A DNA stretch of 64,000 bases from a candidate division WOR-3 bacterium (GTDB lineage Bacteria > Hydrothermota > UBA3073), in the NCBI GenBank assembly GCA_030606335.1, contig JAUWGP010000013.1:2346-66345 (forward strand). The letters are read 5' to 3'. The first letter of the stretch is position 1; each line of letters begins with the position of its first letter. Positions 28,409 through 37,727 of the stretch are shown here, piece after piece. The translations under genes were made by a program, and so were the position numbers. The notes beneath the pieces are model-generated. The model saw nothing but the letters and a program-made list of their open reading frames with translations, made no database searches and was not told where the DNA came from.

Positions 28409-29406
28409 TGGAGTCATTGGTTAAACTTAGAGATGTAAGTGTTACCTTCAAAATGGGTGGCTTGCGGAAAAGAACCCATGTCCATGCATTATCTGATTTA
28501 TCGCTATGTCTTTTTGAGCATGAGATATTGGCAATTGTGGGTGAAAGTGGTTGTGGCAAGAGTACATTGGGCAGAGTTGTGCTTGGTCTCATAAGACCTA
28601 CATCGGGAGAAGTCCTTTATATGGATGAGAATATATGGAAGATGAAATGGAAGCGTTCCCAAAGATCTCACTCAACCGGACAGATCGTGCATCAGGATTC
28701 CTATGCTGCATTAAATCCAATGAGAACCGTATATCAGACGCTAAGTGCACCACTTATTCATTACGGAGTAAAAAGGGGAAAGTCGAAGGAAGAAGTATGC
28801 AATCTTTTGAAGTTCGTGGGAGTAATGCCACCCGGATACTTCTTAAACAAATATCCACATCACCTGAGTGGTGGACAACGCCAGAGAATAGTGTTTGCAA
28901 GAAGTATTATTCCTAAACCTAAATTCATAGTTGCTGATGAACCCGTATCCATGATAGATGCATCACTCAGGCTTTCAATTCTTGATTTGATGATGAAACT
29001 TAATGATGAGATGAGTATTGCTTTCTTGTATATAACACATGACCTCGCTACGGCAAGGTATATAGCGAGGAGGGGCAGGATAGCAGTGATATACCTCGGA
29101 AGGATAATTGAGATGGGTAAATTGGATGATGTTTTCCAGAGACCGCTCCATCCCTATTTCCAGGCACTACTTACAGCCGCCCCTATTCCAGACCCCAGAT
29201 TAGCGAGAAAGAAGAAGGTATTACCACTCAAGAGTATGGAGCTCCCCAGTGCAGAGAATTTGCCATCCGGGTGTAGCTTTCATCCACGATGTTCGTATGC
29301 AGAGGAGATATGCACCACCGAAAGACCAATACTCAAAAAAGAATCAGGTGACCATTGGGTTGCATGCCATAAAGTAGGTAGGATACCATCATGGAACCAC
29401 ATATAG
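28408..29406 (+). CDS. ABC transporter ATP-binding protein (OppF-like)
   Basis: GESGCGKST, LSGGQRQR, ADEPVSMID; TGATG stop/start overlap with the upstream ATPase. Confidence 0.85.
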   Translation: MESLVKLRDVSVTFKMGGLRKRTHVHALSDLSLCLFEHEILAIVGESGCGKSTLGRVVLGLIRPTSGEVLYMDENIWKMKWKRSQRSHSTGQIVHQDSYAALNPMRTVYQTLSAPLIHYGVKRGKSKEEVCNLLKFVGVMPPGYFLNKYPHHLSGGQRQRIVFARSIIPKPKFIVADEPVSMIDASLRLSILDLMMKLNDEMSIAFLYITHDLATARYIARRGRIAVIYLGRIIEMGKLDDVFQRPLHPYFQALLTAAPIPDPRLARKKKVLPLKSMELPSAENLPSGCSFHPRCSYAEEICTTERPILKKESGDHWVACHKVGRIPSWNHI

Positions 29407-29615
29407 GAAGAATAGTATTTACCGTCGGGATATTTATACTTATATTAGCACTTATCCCTTTACCATTTTTGAGGAGGGATTCGCCAGAATTTGTAGTTGA
29501 TATCGTGGCTATAATAGTGAGCTTGGGGATCTTGGGTTTCGTTATATTAAATGTTAGAAAGCAAGTACGGACATCTAAAAAAAACAAGAAAAACAGAGAA
29601 CAAAAAGGTAAATGA
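29391..29615 (+). CDS. Small two-TM membrane protein
   Basis: 74-aa ORF overlapping neighbours; hydrophobic. Confidence 0.3.
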   Translation: MEPHIGRIVFTVGIFILILALIPLPFLRRDSPEFVVDIVAIIVSLGILGFVILNVRKQVRTSKKNKKNREQKGK

Positions 29616-30850
29616 ATATGGATATTACCCAGTTTATGACCGTTATAAGCATCCTTTCTGTAATATGCTTTGTAGGATTGCTCTTCCAGAAGCTATTGGC
29701 AATTAAGGCAAGACACCAGGGAGAACTCTGCTATTTCCAAAATTTGCAGTCATATATCCCCATTTTTAAGAAGGGCTGGAAAATAATTTGTCAGAATAGA
29801 TGGGCTTTCTGGTTAATTTTTGGAATTTTTCTGATGAGTATAGCATATCACAACGCTTCACGCTTCCTTTTTAATAAAATGCAACCGGTACCTCTCCCAT
29901 TGGAAAAGCCGACACTTTTCGGAATAATATCTACTTTTAAATTTTCTTCCTTATCAGCGATTCGTGGTTCTGCTCGTAGCATGAATGTTTTTTCGGACAT
30001 CCCGATTTTTAATCCTTTAATAATTTTAGCGATTTTAATTATGGTCCGACCATTTAAGCGACTTTTAAATAGGGTATCTGATTCGAGTCTAAACTCCTCT
30101 AAGGACTTATTACAGAAGATGTTGTGGCCTACAGTAACTGTTGCCGGGATACTTCTTATCTTTCATACTCTTCAACTGCTGTACAGTTTAAGATTTGTTC
30201 AACAGTTTTATAGATTCTGGAACCCTCCTGCTTTTTCCATTGCCAGCATTGTCGTTACTATTCCTGGTTTTTATTTAGCCTGCATTGTAGTTTCATTGCT
30301 GCAAGGGGCTATTTTGACTGCCTTCAAAGAGGCTCGAGATAAAAGAAAAGTAGAGAAATCTTTGGTGCTTTCTGGTGCTGTAAGGCATTTCAAGAACCTA
30401 TTTTTCTTTAATCTCTTGCTCTTTGCTATCTCTTATTTTCCTTACATTATGGCTGTCTTTCAAAAAAATCTATTTCGTTCAACACTTTTTTCTTATTATA
30501 GTCCTGCGGTCACTATCACATTTCTTTTCGCAACTTATCTGATAGTTGGTAGAGATTACGATTTTAAGGACGCTCTCAAAGAAAATTTTCTCCTGTGGCG
30601 AAGGAACTTCCTCGAGATCATTGTTTTTATCTTTATTGGTAGTGTTCTCCTATTGATTCCTCACATTTTGTCTTGCTCAGGGTGTCATATTTATTGGTAT
30701 CCCATCACATTAATCAGAGCAATTACCACAGGTATAAGGGTCTTTGCCGGTCTCTGGATTGCGGCGACTCTTATGCTTTTCTTGTTAAAAATTACCGAAA
30801 AGCAATCAGAGAGATTAGTTAGCAATGACAAGACTTCGCTTTTTTTCTAA
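29612..30850 (+). CDS. Polytopic membrane protein of unknown function
   Basis: 412 aa, roughly 8-10 hydrophobic helices, translationally coupled to the ABC genes. Confidence 0.45.
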   Translation: MNMDITQFMTVISILSVICFVGLLFQKLLAIKARHQGELCYFQNLQSYIPIFKKGWKIICQNRWAFWLIFGIFLMSIAYHNASRFLFNKMQPVPLPLEKPTLFGIISTFKFSSLSAIRGSARSMNVFSDIPIFNPLIILAILIMVRPFKRLLNRVSDSSLNSSKDLLQKMLWPTVTVAGILLIFHTLQLLYSLRFVQQFYRFWNPPAFSIASIVVTIPGFYLACIVVSLLQGAILTAFKEARDKRKVEKSLVLSGAVRHFKNLFFFNLLLFAISYFPYIMAVFQKNLFRSTLFSYYSPAVTITFLFATYLIVGRDYDFKDALKENFLLWRRNFLEIIVFIFIGSVLLLIPHILSCSGCHIYWYPITLIRAITTGIRVFAGLWIAATLMLFLLKITEKQSERLVSNDKTSLFF

Positions 30851-30873
30851 AAACCATCGTTAGACGAAACATA

Positions 30874-31389
30874 ATGAAGAAAGCTGTAAGAATATTACCT
30901 TACGATAGCAAAGCACCTGAAATATATGATGAGATAGAACAATTTATTTGCAATGTAATTCCCTATCAGGTTGAAGTTGAACATATAGGGAGCACAGCAG
31001 TTGTAGGATTAGGTGGAAAAGGAATCATTGATATTTTGATAATAACAAACCGGGAATATATGCTAAAAGTAGTCGAACTTTTAGAATCTAAGGGATATAA
31101 ACATAATCCTCAAGCTGGCACCATTCCAGAAAGGCTTTTTGTCTCAGGACCATACAGGTATAAAGAAAGGGAATTACACATACATATCCATATAACATTT
31201 TCGGGAAGTAAAGAGCATAAATATAAGTTGCTCTTTCGGGATTATCTTAGACGACATGCAGAAGAAGCTAAGACTTATTTTGAGCTCAAAAAACAGTGGA
31301 GTTTGGAAGCTGGTTCAGATGGTTCTAAATATACAGAACTTAAAGCATCGTATATTAACGAGATATTAGAGAAGGCAAGAAGAGGGTAG
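30874..31389 (+). CDS. GrpB-family (nucleotidyltransferase-like) protein
   Basis: VEHIGSTAVVGLGGKGIIDILI motif. Confidence 0.55.
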   Translation: MKKAVRILPYDSKAPEIYDEIEQFICNVIPYQVEVEHIGSTAVVGLGGKGIIDILIITNREYMLKVVELLESKGYKHNPQAGTIPERLFVSGPYRYKERELHIHIHITFSGSKEHKYKLLFRDYLRRHAEEAKTYFELKKQWSLEAGSDGSKYTELKASYINEILEKARRG

Positions 31390-31454
31390 TGACAAATAGA
31401 ATATGAAAGAATATGAAAGCAAAAATGTAGGGGTTCGATTTATCGAACCCACAA
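31384..31454. repeat. Short Q-family variant (GGGTAGTGACAAATAGAATATGAAAGAATATGAAAGC plus tRNA-T-arm-like hairpin); overlaps the GrpB stop codon
   Basis: 33-mer GGGTAGTGACAAATAGAATATGAAAGAATATGA also occurs at 32388. Confidence 0.6.
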
Positions 31455-31510
31455 GGTAAATGATTTAAGCCAGAAGGAGTATAAACAAGGATGAGGAGGA
31501 CAAGCTATCT

Positions 31511-32380
31511 ATGCAGATAACAGGTATAGGAATCAATGCACATCCCGACCGCATCGATGGGGAGGTCGAGAGGTTAGAAGATGAACTAAAAGACTTTCAA
31601 GAAATAGGCTATGACTATGTGGAGATTCCTGTGGATGCAGTCGATGTCATATATTGTGGGGAATTGGATCGTCATCGTATGGATGATTTAAAAGCCATCT
31701 TGGGCAGGTTTGCCCTGAAGTATACTGTACATGCTCCTCGAGTCCTTAACCTGAGGGATGTCAAAGAGATAGAGCTACAGAAAAAGCTTTTTAAGTCGTG
31801 TATCTTTTTTAGCTCAGAAATCGGAGCGAACATCTTCGTCTACCACTATGGGCAAAAGACAAAAGAGAAGCAGATCGAGGAGATACTATACCAGTCTATG
31901 CTGGAAATGGCTGATTTTGCTGTCAATTACGGAGTCCAGATCTGCATGGAGAATATCGAGATTGATACAGTTTCTAACGTAATAAAGTTCATAAAGCGAG
32001 TAGCAAAAAATAATGTTGGGATGACCTTTGATTTTGGACATGCTTATCTTGCGTCTAAGTACTTCAGCTTCGACTTCCTAGGCTCGGTCGAGATGGCCGG
32101 GCCATATGTTAAGCACATACACGTGACTGATAACTTTGGACGCTATGAGGAGACAAGACTAATCAGCTATGAACAGTATAAGTTAAAACGATATCCAGAC
32201 TTGCTCTTGCTTGGACGAGGTGATCTGCACCTGCCACCTGGGTGGGGCAAGGTACCACTTGATGCTGCTTTTAATCTCCTGAACGATTATAGAGGGATCT
32301 TCATGCTTGAATACGACTACCGTAGGCATAAGTCTTATAGCCGTGAAATAATAGAGACTGCAAAGCAATACATTAAGTAA
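31511..32380 (+). CDS. Xylose-isomerase-like TIM-barrel sugar (phosphate) isomerase/epimerase
   Basis: FDFGHAYLA and HIHVTDN metal-ligand-like motifs; 289 aa. Confidence 0.55.
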   Translation: MQITGIGINAHPDRIDGEVERLEDELKDFQEIGYDYVEIPVDAVDVIYCGELDRHRMDDLKAILGRFALKYTVHAPRVLNLRDVKEIELQKKLFKSCIFFSSEIGANIFVYHYGQKTKEKQIEEILYQSMLEMADFAVNYGVQICMENIEIDTVSNVIKFIKRVAKNNVGMTFDFGHAYLASKYFSFDFLGSVEMAGPYVKHIHVTDNFGRYEETRLISYEQYKLKRYPDLLLLGRGDLHLPPGWGKVPLDAAFNLLNDYRGIFMLEYDYRRHKSYSREIIETAKQYIK

Positions 32381-32387
32381 CGCTACG

Positions 32388-32540
32388 GGTAGTGACAAAT
32401 AGAATATGAAAGAATATGACAAACCACAGAGGACACGGAGGTAATATTAAATATAAAAAATTAAATATTAAAATTACAAATCAAAATTCAAAAATTCTCT
32501 GAGCTCTCTGTGCCCTCTGTGGTTAAGTTTTTGACGATAC
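32388..32540. repeat. Q-type palindromic intergenic element (IR AAACCACAGAGGACACGGAG ... CTCTGTGCCCTCTGTGGTT, then TTTTTGACGATAC)
   Basis: IR-L 32421-32440, IR-R 32506-32524; fills the whole gap between the isomerase stop and the GH130 RBS. Confidence 0.8.
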
Positions 32541-32564
32541 TACCCCACATTGCAGGAGGTAAAT

Positions 32565-33551
32565 ATGAGTTTAGAGGTAAGACGTTATACTGGTAATCCT
32601 CTTTTAACACCCAGAGGAGATGACTGGGAATCTGTAGCTGTCTTCAATTGCGCTGCTGCATATAAAGACAATCAAATACACATTCTCTATCGTGCTGTTG
32701 GCGATTATTTTCACTATGCTTCAAGCCTGGGGCATGCTGTCTTCGATAAGAACCTCAATTTAGTCGAGCGCTCCGACAAGCCCTGTTTTGTGCCTGACCT
32801 GAAGCTCTGGGAGCCATCGATTGAAGATCCAAGATTCACTGAGATTGATCAGGAGCTCTATATGACCTATGTGGTCACAACAACACCAGCCCCTCCAGGT
32901 GCTGTTCGAAGGAGACTTGGTATACCTAAACCGATGCAGGCATATACACGTATAGCACTTGCAGTAGTAATGGATTTCAATAATTTCAATAGGTTAGGAG
33001 TCATCACACCCTACAAGGCGAAAGAAAGAGCTGCAGTGCTCTTTCCAGAAAAGATTGATGGTAAATATGCAGTATTGCATAGGCCATCTAATTGGATAGG
33101 TCCCGACTATGGCACTGACCGCCCAAGCATCTGGTTTGCATATCTTAGCAGCTTAGATGGAGGGATGTTCGGGCATAAGCTAATTATGGTGCCAAAGGAA
33201 AAGTGGGAATCACATAAAATAGGCCCAGGTCCATCACCTATAAAGACAGAAAGTGGATGGCTTCTTATCTACCATGGAGTTGGTAAGGATTATGTATATA
33301 GGGCAGGAGCAGCCCTTTTAGATTTAGAGGAGCCTTGGAAAGTGATCGCACGTACACATGAGCCAATTCTGGAACCTGAGGAGGATTACGAAAGAGCAGG
33401 TGATGTTCCTAATGTTGTATTTCCAGAGGGAGCAGTAGTAATAAGCAATGAGCTTTTACTCTTTTATGGTGCAGCTGATAAAGTCTGCTGTGTTGCCAGA
33501 GTATCCTTGAAGGAACTTATCAATCATCTAATCACAATTGCAGGAAGATGA
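32565..33551 (+). CDS. GH130-family glycoside phosphorylase
   Basis: N-terminal NPLLTPR...W motif, EDPRFTEI; AGGAGG RBS 4 nt before ATG 32565. Confidence 0.8.
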   Translation: MSLEVRRYTGNPLLTPRGDDWESVAVFNCAAAYKDNQIHILYRAVGDYFHYASSLGHAVFDKNLNLVERSDKPCFVPDLKLWEPSIEDPRFTEIDQELYMTYVVTTTPAPPGAVRRRLGIPKPMQAYTRIALAVVMDFNNFNRLGVITPYKAKERAAVLFPEKIDGKYAVLHRPSNWIGPDYGTDRPSIWFAYLSSLDGGMFGHKLIMVPKEKWESHKIGPGPSPIKTESGWLLIYHGVGKDYVYRAGAALLDLEEPWKVIARTHEPILEPEEDYERAGDVPNVVFPEGAVVISNELLLFYGAADKVCCVARVSLKELINHLITIAGR

Positions 33552-33681
33552 TCGATAAAAGAAAGAACAGGCAAGATAAGAGGTCACAGAATGGGGAGAT
33601 GAGAAAAGAGATAAGAGATGAGGGAGTAGGGATAGATGATTTCTCGCTCTTCCCTCTTCCCTCCTCGCTCCCCGCAAATTG

Positions 33682-33713
33682 CTCTCTTTCTGTGGTTAGA
33701 TTTTTGACAATAC
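33682..33713. repeat. Solo right end of Q-type element (CTCTCTTTCTGTGGTTAGATTTTTGACAATAC)
   Basis: Matches right ends at 32506-32536, 48707-48735 and 62089-62118. Confidence 0.5.
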
Positions 33714-33735
33714 AGATAGAAAGAAGGGAGGATAT

Positions 33736-34719
33736 ATGGAAATAAAAGTTGATGAAGCCAGGAACATTCCAGGCTGGGCAATCGGTCCTTTTACAAAATA
33801 TAAAGGAAATCCAGTTTTAGCGCCATCTGAAGAAGGCTGGGATGCAGGAGGTTCTGGTAACGGGGTTTTTAATGGAGGAGTGATAGTAGAAAATGACACC
33901 TTCTACTATCTATACAGGGGATGTAGAGAAATAAAATCTAAGCCCGGATATCTATGTAAAATTGGGTTAGCCTTGAGCGATGATGGGTGTTGTTTTCGTA
34001 AATATGAAAACAATCCATTATGGGGAAAAGATGATAAATACAGTTACGAAGATGTACAAATAATTAAATGCGAGGGTACATACTACCTATTTTGTAATAG
34101 GTGGGATTGGGAGTGTCGTGAGCCTGCTATTAATGGCATGTGGCTCGCTATTTCTGGGGATCTAATTAACTGGAAGGAATATGGTATAATTTTCCCACAT
34201 GCCAAAAAGATACATCGAAATGGTGCTATCCTGCAAAACCCTGACAATGAACCTGTAAAAGTTAATGAGAAGTTCATTATGTATTTGAACGACGGTCTTA
34301 TTGCGTATTCTTTTGACCTAATTCACTGGGAATCAAAGGAGATGCCTCGTATTCCAGGGGGAGAATGTTGTGTTGCCATAGCTGATCATTCAACACAAGA
34401 GCCCAAAAATATTGTATTGTTTACCGGTGGAGGAGGAGAAGGCACGTCATGGGAGGGAGAACATCGCTATGCAATAGGCGAAGTTTTGTTTTCCAGAGAA
34501 GCTCCAGAAAAACCAATTTCAGTAATGAAGAAACCTATTCTTTACGCTGAGGAAAAGTATCCATGGGAGATGGGCAAAAGTGCTGTAGAACCCGGGAAAG
34601 AAGTTGCACACCCTGATGTCATTTTCTTCGATGCACTGACGAGGTATAAAGATAAGTGGTGGATGTACTACGGAGCTTGTGATTTTTATACCTGTCTCGC
34701 AACCTCTCCAGTTAGATGA
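33736..34719 (+). CDS. GH130-like beta-propeller glycosidase-family protein
   Basis: NPVLAPS...W N-terminal motif and YEDVQIIKCEGTYYLF at the position of the GH130 EDPR motif. Confidence 0.5.
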   Translation: MEIKVDEARNIPGWAIGPFTKYKGNPVLAPSEEGWDAGGSGNGVFNGGVIVENDTFYYLYRGCREIKSKPGYLCKIGLALSDDGCCFRKYENNPLWGKDDKYSYEDVQIIKCEGTYYLFCNRWDWECREPAINGMWLAISGDLINWKEYGIIFPHAKKIHRNGAILQNPDNEPVKVNEKFIMYLNDGLIAYSFDLIHWESKEMPRIPGGECCVAIADHSTQEPKNIVLFTGGGGEGTSWEGEHRYAIGEVLFSREAPEKPISVMKKPILYAEEKYPWEMGKSAVEPGKEVAHPDVIFFDALTRYKDKWWMYYGACDFYTCLATSPVR

Positions 34720-35747
34720 TAAAGTATGAAATGAGGGCTTCTAAAATGAATAGCAATGAAATATTGATAAGTGACCCAAACCCAAAACTTCAGTGGGTCA
34801 ATTTATTGCTTACCTACAGATGCACTGCAGAGTGCTCCCATTGCTTCACAAGTTCTTCGACACATAAAGATGCCACAATGAAGCTCTCTGAGGTACAGGA
34901 ATACCTCGAAAAGGCAAAGAAGGTTGGAGCGAGTCGGCTCTGGATTTTCGGAGGAGAACCTTTCTTCTACTTTGACCTTCTCCTGGGTACCGTCAAATTA
35001 GCAAAGCAGTTGGGCTTTCATGTATTAGTGACCTCAAATGCATTTTGGGCGATAACCGAAGAGTCTGCCTTGAGAAGATTATGTCTACTGAAAGAAGTGG
35101 GCTTGGACTCTATTGCGTTCAGTGCCGATCCATTTCACTGGGAATATGTTCCTCTGGAGTATGTATGCAATGCAGTAAAGGCTGCAGAGAAGCTCGGTAT
35201 TTTAGATGGTATATGGAACGCTGCGATAGAGGAGGATCATGTACAGAAACTCAACAGGGAGATAATAGCCAGGATGTCGATGTACAAAATTGATGCCGGA
35301 GTGGTCACGTTCAATGGAACTGCAGCAGAGGTGCTCGCTGAGCGGGTCAAGAAGCAGCCCTGGATTGACTACGATGAGTGTAATATCGGAAAAGAAGCCT
35401 GGATTGACTACAACAAATGTAAGATTGGAAGGGGATTTCAGTATCTGGGATCGGTAGACATTGATCCATATGGCTATGTTCAGAGATGTTCAGGCATATC
35501 TATTGGCAATGCAAAGGAAAGGAAGCTGTCAGAGATTATCAGAACATATGACATCGAGGATCATCCCATTATGAAAGTATTAAATGAAGAAGGACCTGTA
35601 GGTCTGGCAAAAATGGCAATGAAATATGGTTTTAGACCCACAGAATATGCTGATGGCTGCCATTTATGTTACGAGGCAAGAAAAGTGCTTCTGAAGCATT
35701 ATCCACAGTACTTGGCACCGGCTATTTGGTACGAAAGGATAAAATGA
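34716..35747 (+). CDS. Radical SAM enzyme with Cys-rich C-terminal (SPASM/twitch-like) region
   Basis: CTAECSHC (CX3CX2C), GGEPF glycine motif, further Cys in C-terminal third; internal tandem repeat WIDYDECNIGK/WIDYNKCKIGR. Confidence 0.6.
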   Translation: MIKYEMRASKMNSNEILISDPNPKLQWVNLLLTYRCTAECSHCFTSSSTHKDATMKLSEVQEYLEKAKKVGASRLWIFGGEPFFYFDLLLGTVKLAKQLGFHVLVTSNAFWAITEESALRRLCLLKEVGLDSIAFSADPFHWEYVPLEYVCNAVKAAEKLGILDGIWNAAIEEDHVQKLNREIIARMSMYKIDAGVVTFNGTAAEVLAERVKKQPWIDYDECNIGKEAWIDYNKCKIGRGFQYLGSVDIDPYGYVQRCSGISIGNAKERKLSEIIRTYDIEDHPIMKVLNEEGPVGLAKMAMKYGFRPTEYADGCHLCYEARKVLLKHYPQYLAPAIWYERIK

Positions 35748-35806
35748 TAAAAGTTAATAAGAAAATTAATGTAACCATCCTATCTTTTCTTTCCTTACAG
35801 TTTTTC

Positions 35807-35835
35807 TTGACGCTTAAGGATTTAGCCTTTATAAT
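35807..35835 (+). promoter_or_regulatory. Sigma70-type promoter (TTGACG-17-TATAAT)
   Basis: Hexamers with 17-nt spacer ~30 nt upstream of the IUNH RBS. Confidence 0.45.
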
Positions 35836-35863
35836 CCAGCTTATAATAAGGAGGTGATAGGAG

Positions 35864-36775
35864 ATGAAAAAAGCAGGTCTTGTAGCGAGGGTTACTGGAA
35901 GGACTAGCAACTCAAAGAAGATCATTCTTGATACAGACATAGGAGATGATATTGATGATGCATTCGCATTGGCTCTGGCACTTAAATCGCCAGAACTTGA
36001 AATAGTTGGCATATGTATAGAGAATACTGTTGACGGAAGAGAAAAAATTGCGTTAAGATTAATCCATATTGCAGGTAGAGATGATATACCGGTAGCAAAG
36101 GGGCTTGCAGTACCAGGATTAAAAGGCAAACATCCTGCTAATCAGGTACCTTGGTCGATTGATTATGATTTAACAAAACCATACAAGCTAAATGCCGTAG
36201 ATTTCATAATTTCAAAAGCAAAAGAATCACCAGGCGAAATTACTCTTGTAACTATTGGACCGCTAACTAATGTCGCAGCAGCTCTCAGAAAGGAACCGGC
36301 GATAAAAGATATGATCAAAGAAATTGCTATGATGGGTGGTCCTTTTTATGTAGAGTATGGCATAAGAATCAAACAAAAACCAGGTTCAGATTACAATCTT
36401 TGGTGCGATCCAGAAGCAGCTAAGTCTATTTTTACTTCTGGTATTCCAATAACTTCGGTAGGATTACAGGTTACGACGCATCTTAAGTTATGGAAAGAAA
36501 ACAGAGATAAAATAAAGAATGCAAATAAACCTTTAACCAATGCACTTTGGAAACTTTACAAACTATGGGTGTTTGAAGTACCAACACTTTATGATCCGTT
36601 AGCTATAGCAGTAACTATAGATAAGACATTCGTTGACAGGAGTTCAGTGCATGTGGAAGTAGACGATAACGGAGATACACGAGTCATAGAAGAGTTATCT
36701 CCAAATGCAAGTGTATGTACATTTGTAGACAAAGATAGGTTCATAAATTTCTTTATGAATCGTATTTTGGCTTAG
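35864..36775 (+). CDS. Inosine-uridine-preferring nucleoside hydrolase family
   Basis: N-terminal ILDTDIGDDIDDAFALALAL aspartate cluster. Confidence 0.8.
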   Translation: MKKAGLVARVTGRTSNSKKIILDTDIGDDIDDAFALALALKSPELEIVGICIENTVDGREKIALRLIHIAGRDDIPVAKGLAVPGLKGKHPANQVPWSIDYDLTKPYKLNAVDFIISKAKESPGEITLVTIGPLTNVAAALRKEPAIKDMIKEIAMMGGPFYVEYGIRIKQKPGSDYNLWCDPEAAKSIFTSGIPITSVGLQVTTHLKLWKENRDKIKNANKPLTNALWKLYKLWVFEVPTLYDPLAIAVTIDKTFVDRSSVHVEVDDNGDTRVIEELSPNASVCTFVDKDRFINFFMNRILA

Positions 36776-36897
36776 CTTTAAGAGAGAAATTGAAAAGTTC
36801 GCTAGCAAACATTATCCAATGCTCAGGAGCATAAATGGTAGTTGTTAGTATAAAGAATCTTTAAAACAAATATAAGGATATGTTTTTATAGACGAAA

Positions 36898-37638
36898 ATG
36901 GAAAAGATGAAGATAGAAGAATTGATACATTTTCTGGAGACAGGTGACGATACAGCTAGCTGGAATGCAGTACATACCCTTATGACAACAGCCCCAAAAA
37001 TAGATAGAAAGCTTCTACAAGAGCAGATTAACAGGGTCTTAGATATCGCAAGCTCGAAAGCTGGCTTTAGAAAAGTCTACGCCGTTATGGTTTTGGGAAA
37101 GCTCTTTCAGTATGCAGTTTCTAAGGAAAAGATACTGGATACGCTCCTTCTTGCTGCACGGGACCCTGATGAAAACGTAAGAAGAGCGGCAGTCTTTGCT
37201 TTGAGTGACTGTATTTCAGATGAGATAAGGGATAAAATCTACAGTGTGTTTGAGGCTCTTTTGGAAGATGAAGCTAAAACTGTGAGGTACGGTGCCTTAG
37301 AAATCCTGACAGAGGTCTTGCCATACAAAATTGGTAATAAAGCCTTTGATAAGATATTAGGATTTCTGGAGGCTGATGAGTCATGGTTCAGATGGAGGGC
37401 AGTGTTAGCTATAAACAAAGCATATCCCGAATTAGATAGTAGCGAAAAACAAAAGGCTGTGAGTATTCTTATAGAATTGATCGAGGACGAGGATGTCTTT
37501 GTAAAGGTGAGGGCTTATGAAGCGCTCCTGAATATTAAAGATTTGGAGAAGCGGGACTTTCCAGAGGTCGATGAAGCGTTAAGGAAGGAATCAGATTTTG
37601 TCCGACAATGGGTTCTTTATAACTTTGAACAGAAATAG
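36898..37638 (+). CDS. HEAT/PBS-lyase-type repeat protein
   Basis: Repeated ...DE.VRRAAVFAL... helical repeat units. Confidence 0.45.
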   Translation: MEKMKIEELIHFLETGDDTASWNAVHTLMTTAPKIDRKLLQEQINRVLDIASSKAGFRKVYAVMVLGKLFQYAVSKEKILDTLLLAARDPDENVRRAAVFALSDCISDEIRDKIYSVFEALLEDEAKTVRYGALEILTEVLPYKIGNKAFDKILGFLEADESWFRWRAVLAINKAYPELDSSEKQKAVSILIELIEDEDVFVKVRAYEALLNIKDLEKRDFPEVDEALRKESDFVRQWVLYNFEQK

Positions 37639-37727
37639 ACATTTAAAGTGTTAAAGACATTTGGACAAAGCCATAAAAAGAAATACTCAAGAAGACAATA
37701 GGAAAAAAATAAAAGGGGGAAGAAACC

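Noticed and set aside
33696-33713. TTTTTGACAATAC boxes as sigma70 -35 elements
   Set aside because: At 33696, 13229, 32524 and 62106 the box lies only ~25-35 nt upstream of the start codon with no -10 hexamer at 16-18 nt spacing and no room for a leader plus RBS. More likely the conserved terminus of the Q element or an operator than a promoter. By contrast the boxes at 9844, 16764, 35807, 40682 and 52950 have proper -10 partners.
33548-33745. 65-aa ORF between two GH130 genes
   Set aside because: Runs across purine-rich repeat DNA and the solo Q-element end; the translation is K/R/E low complexity. Likely spurious.
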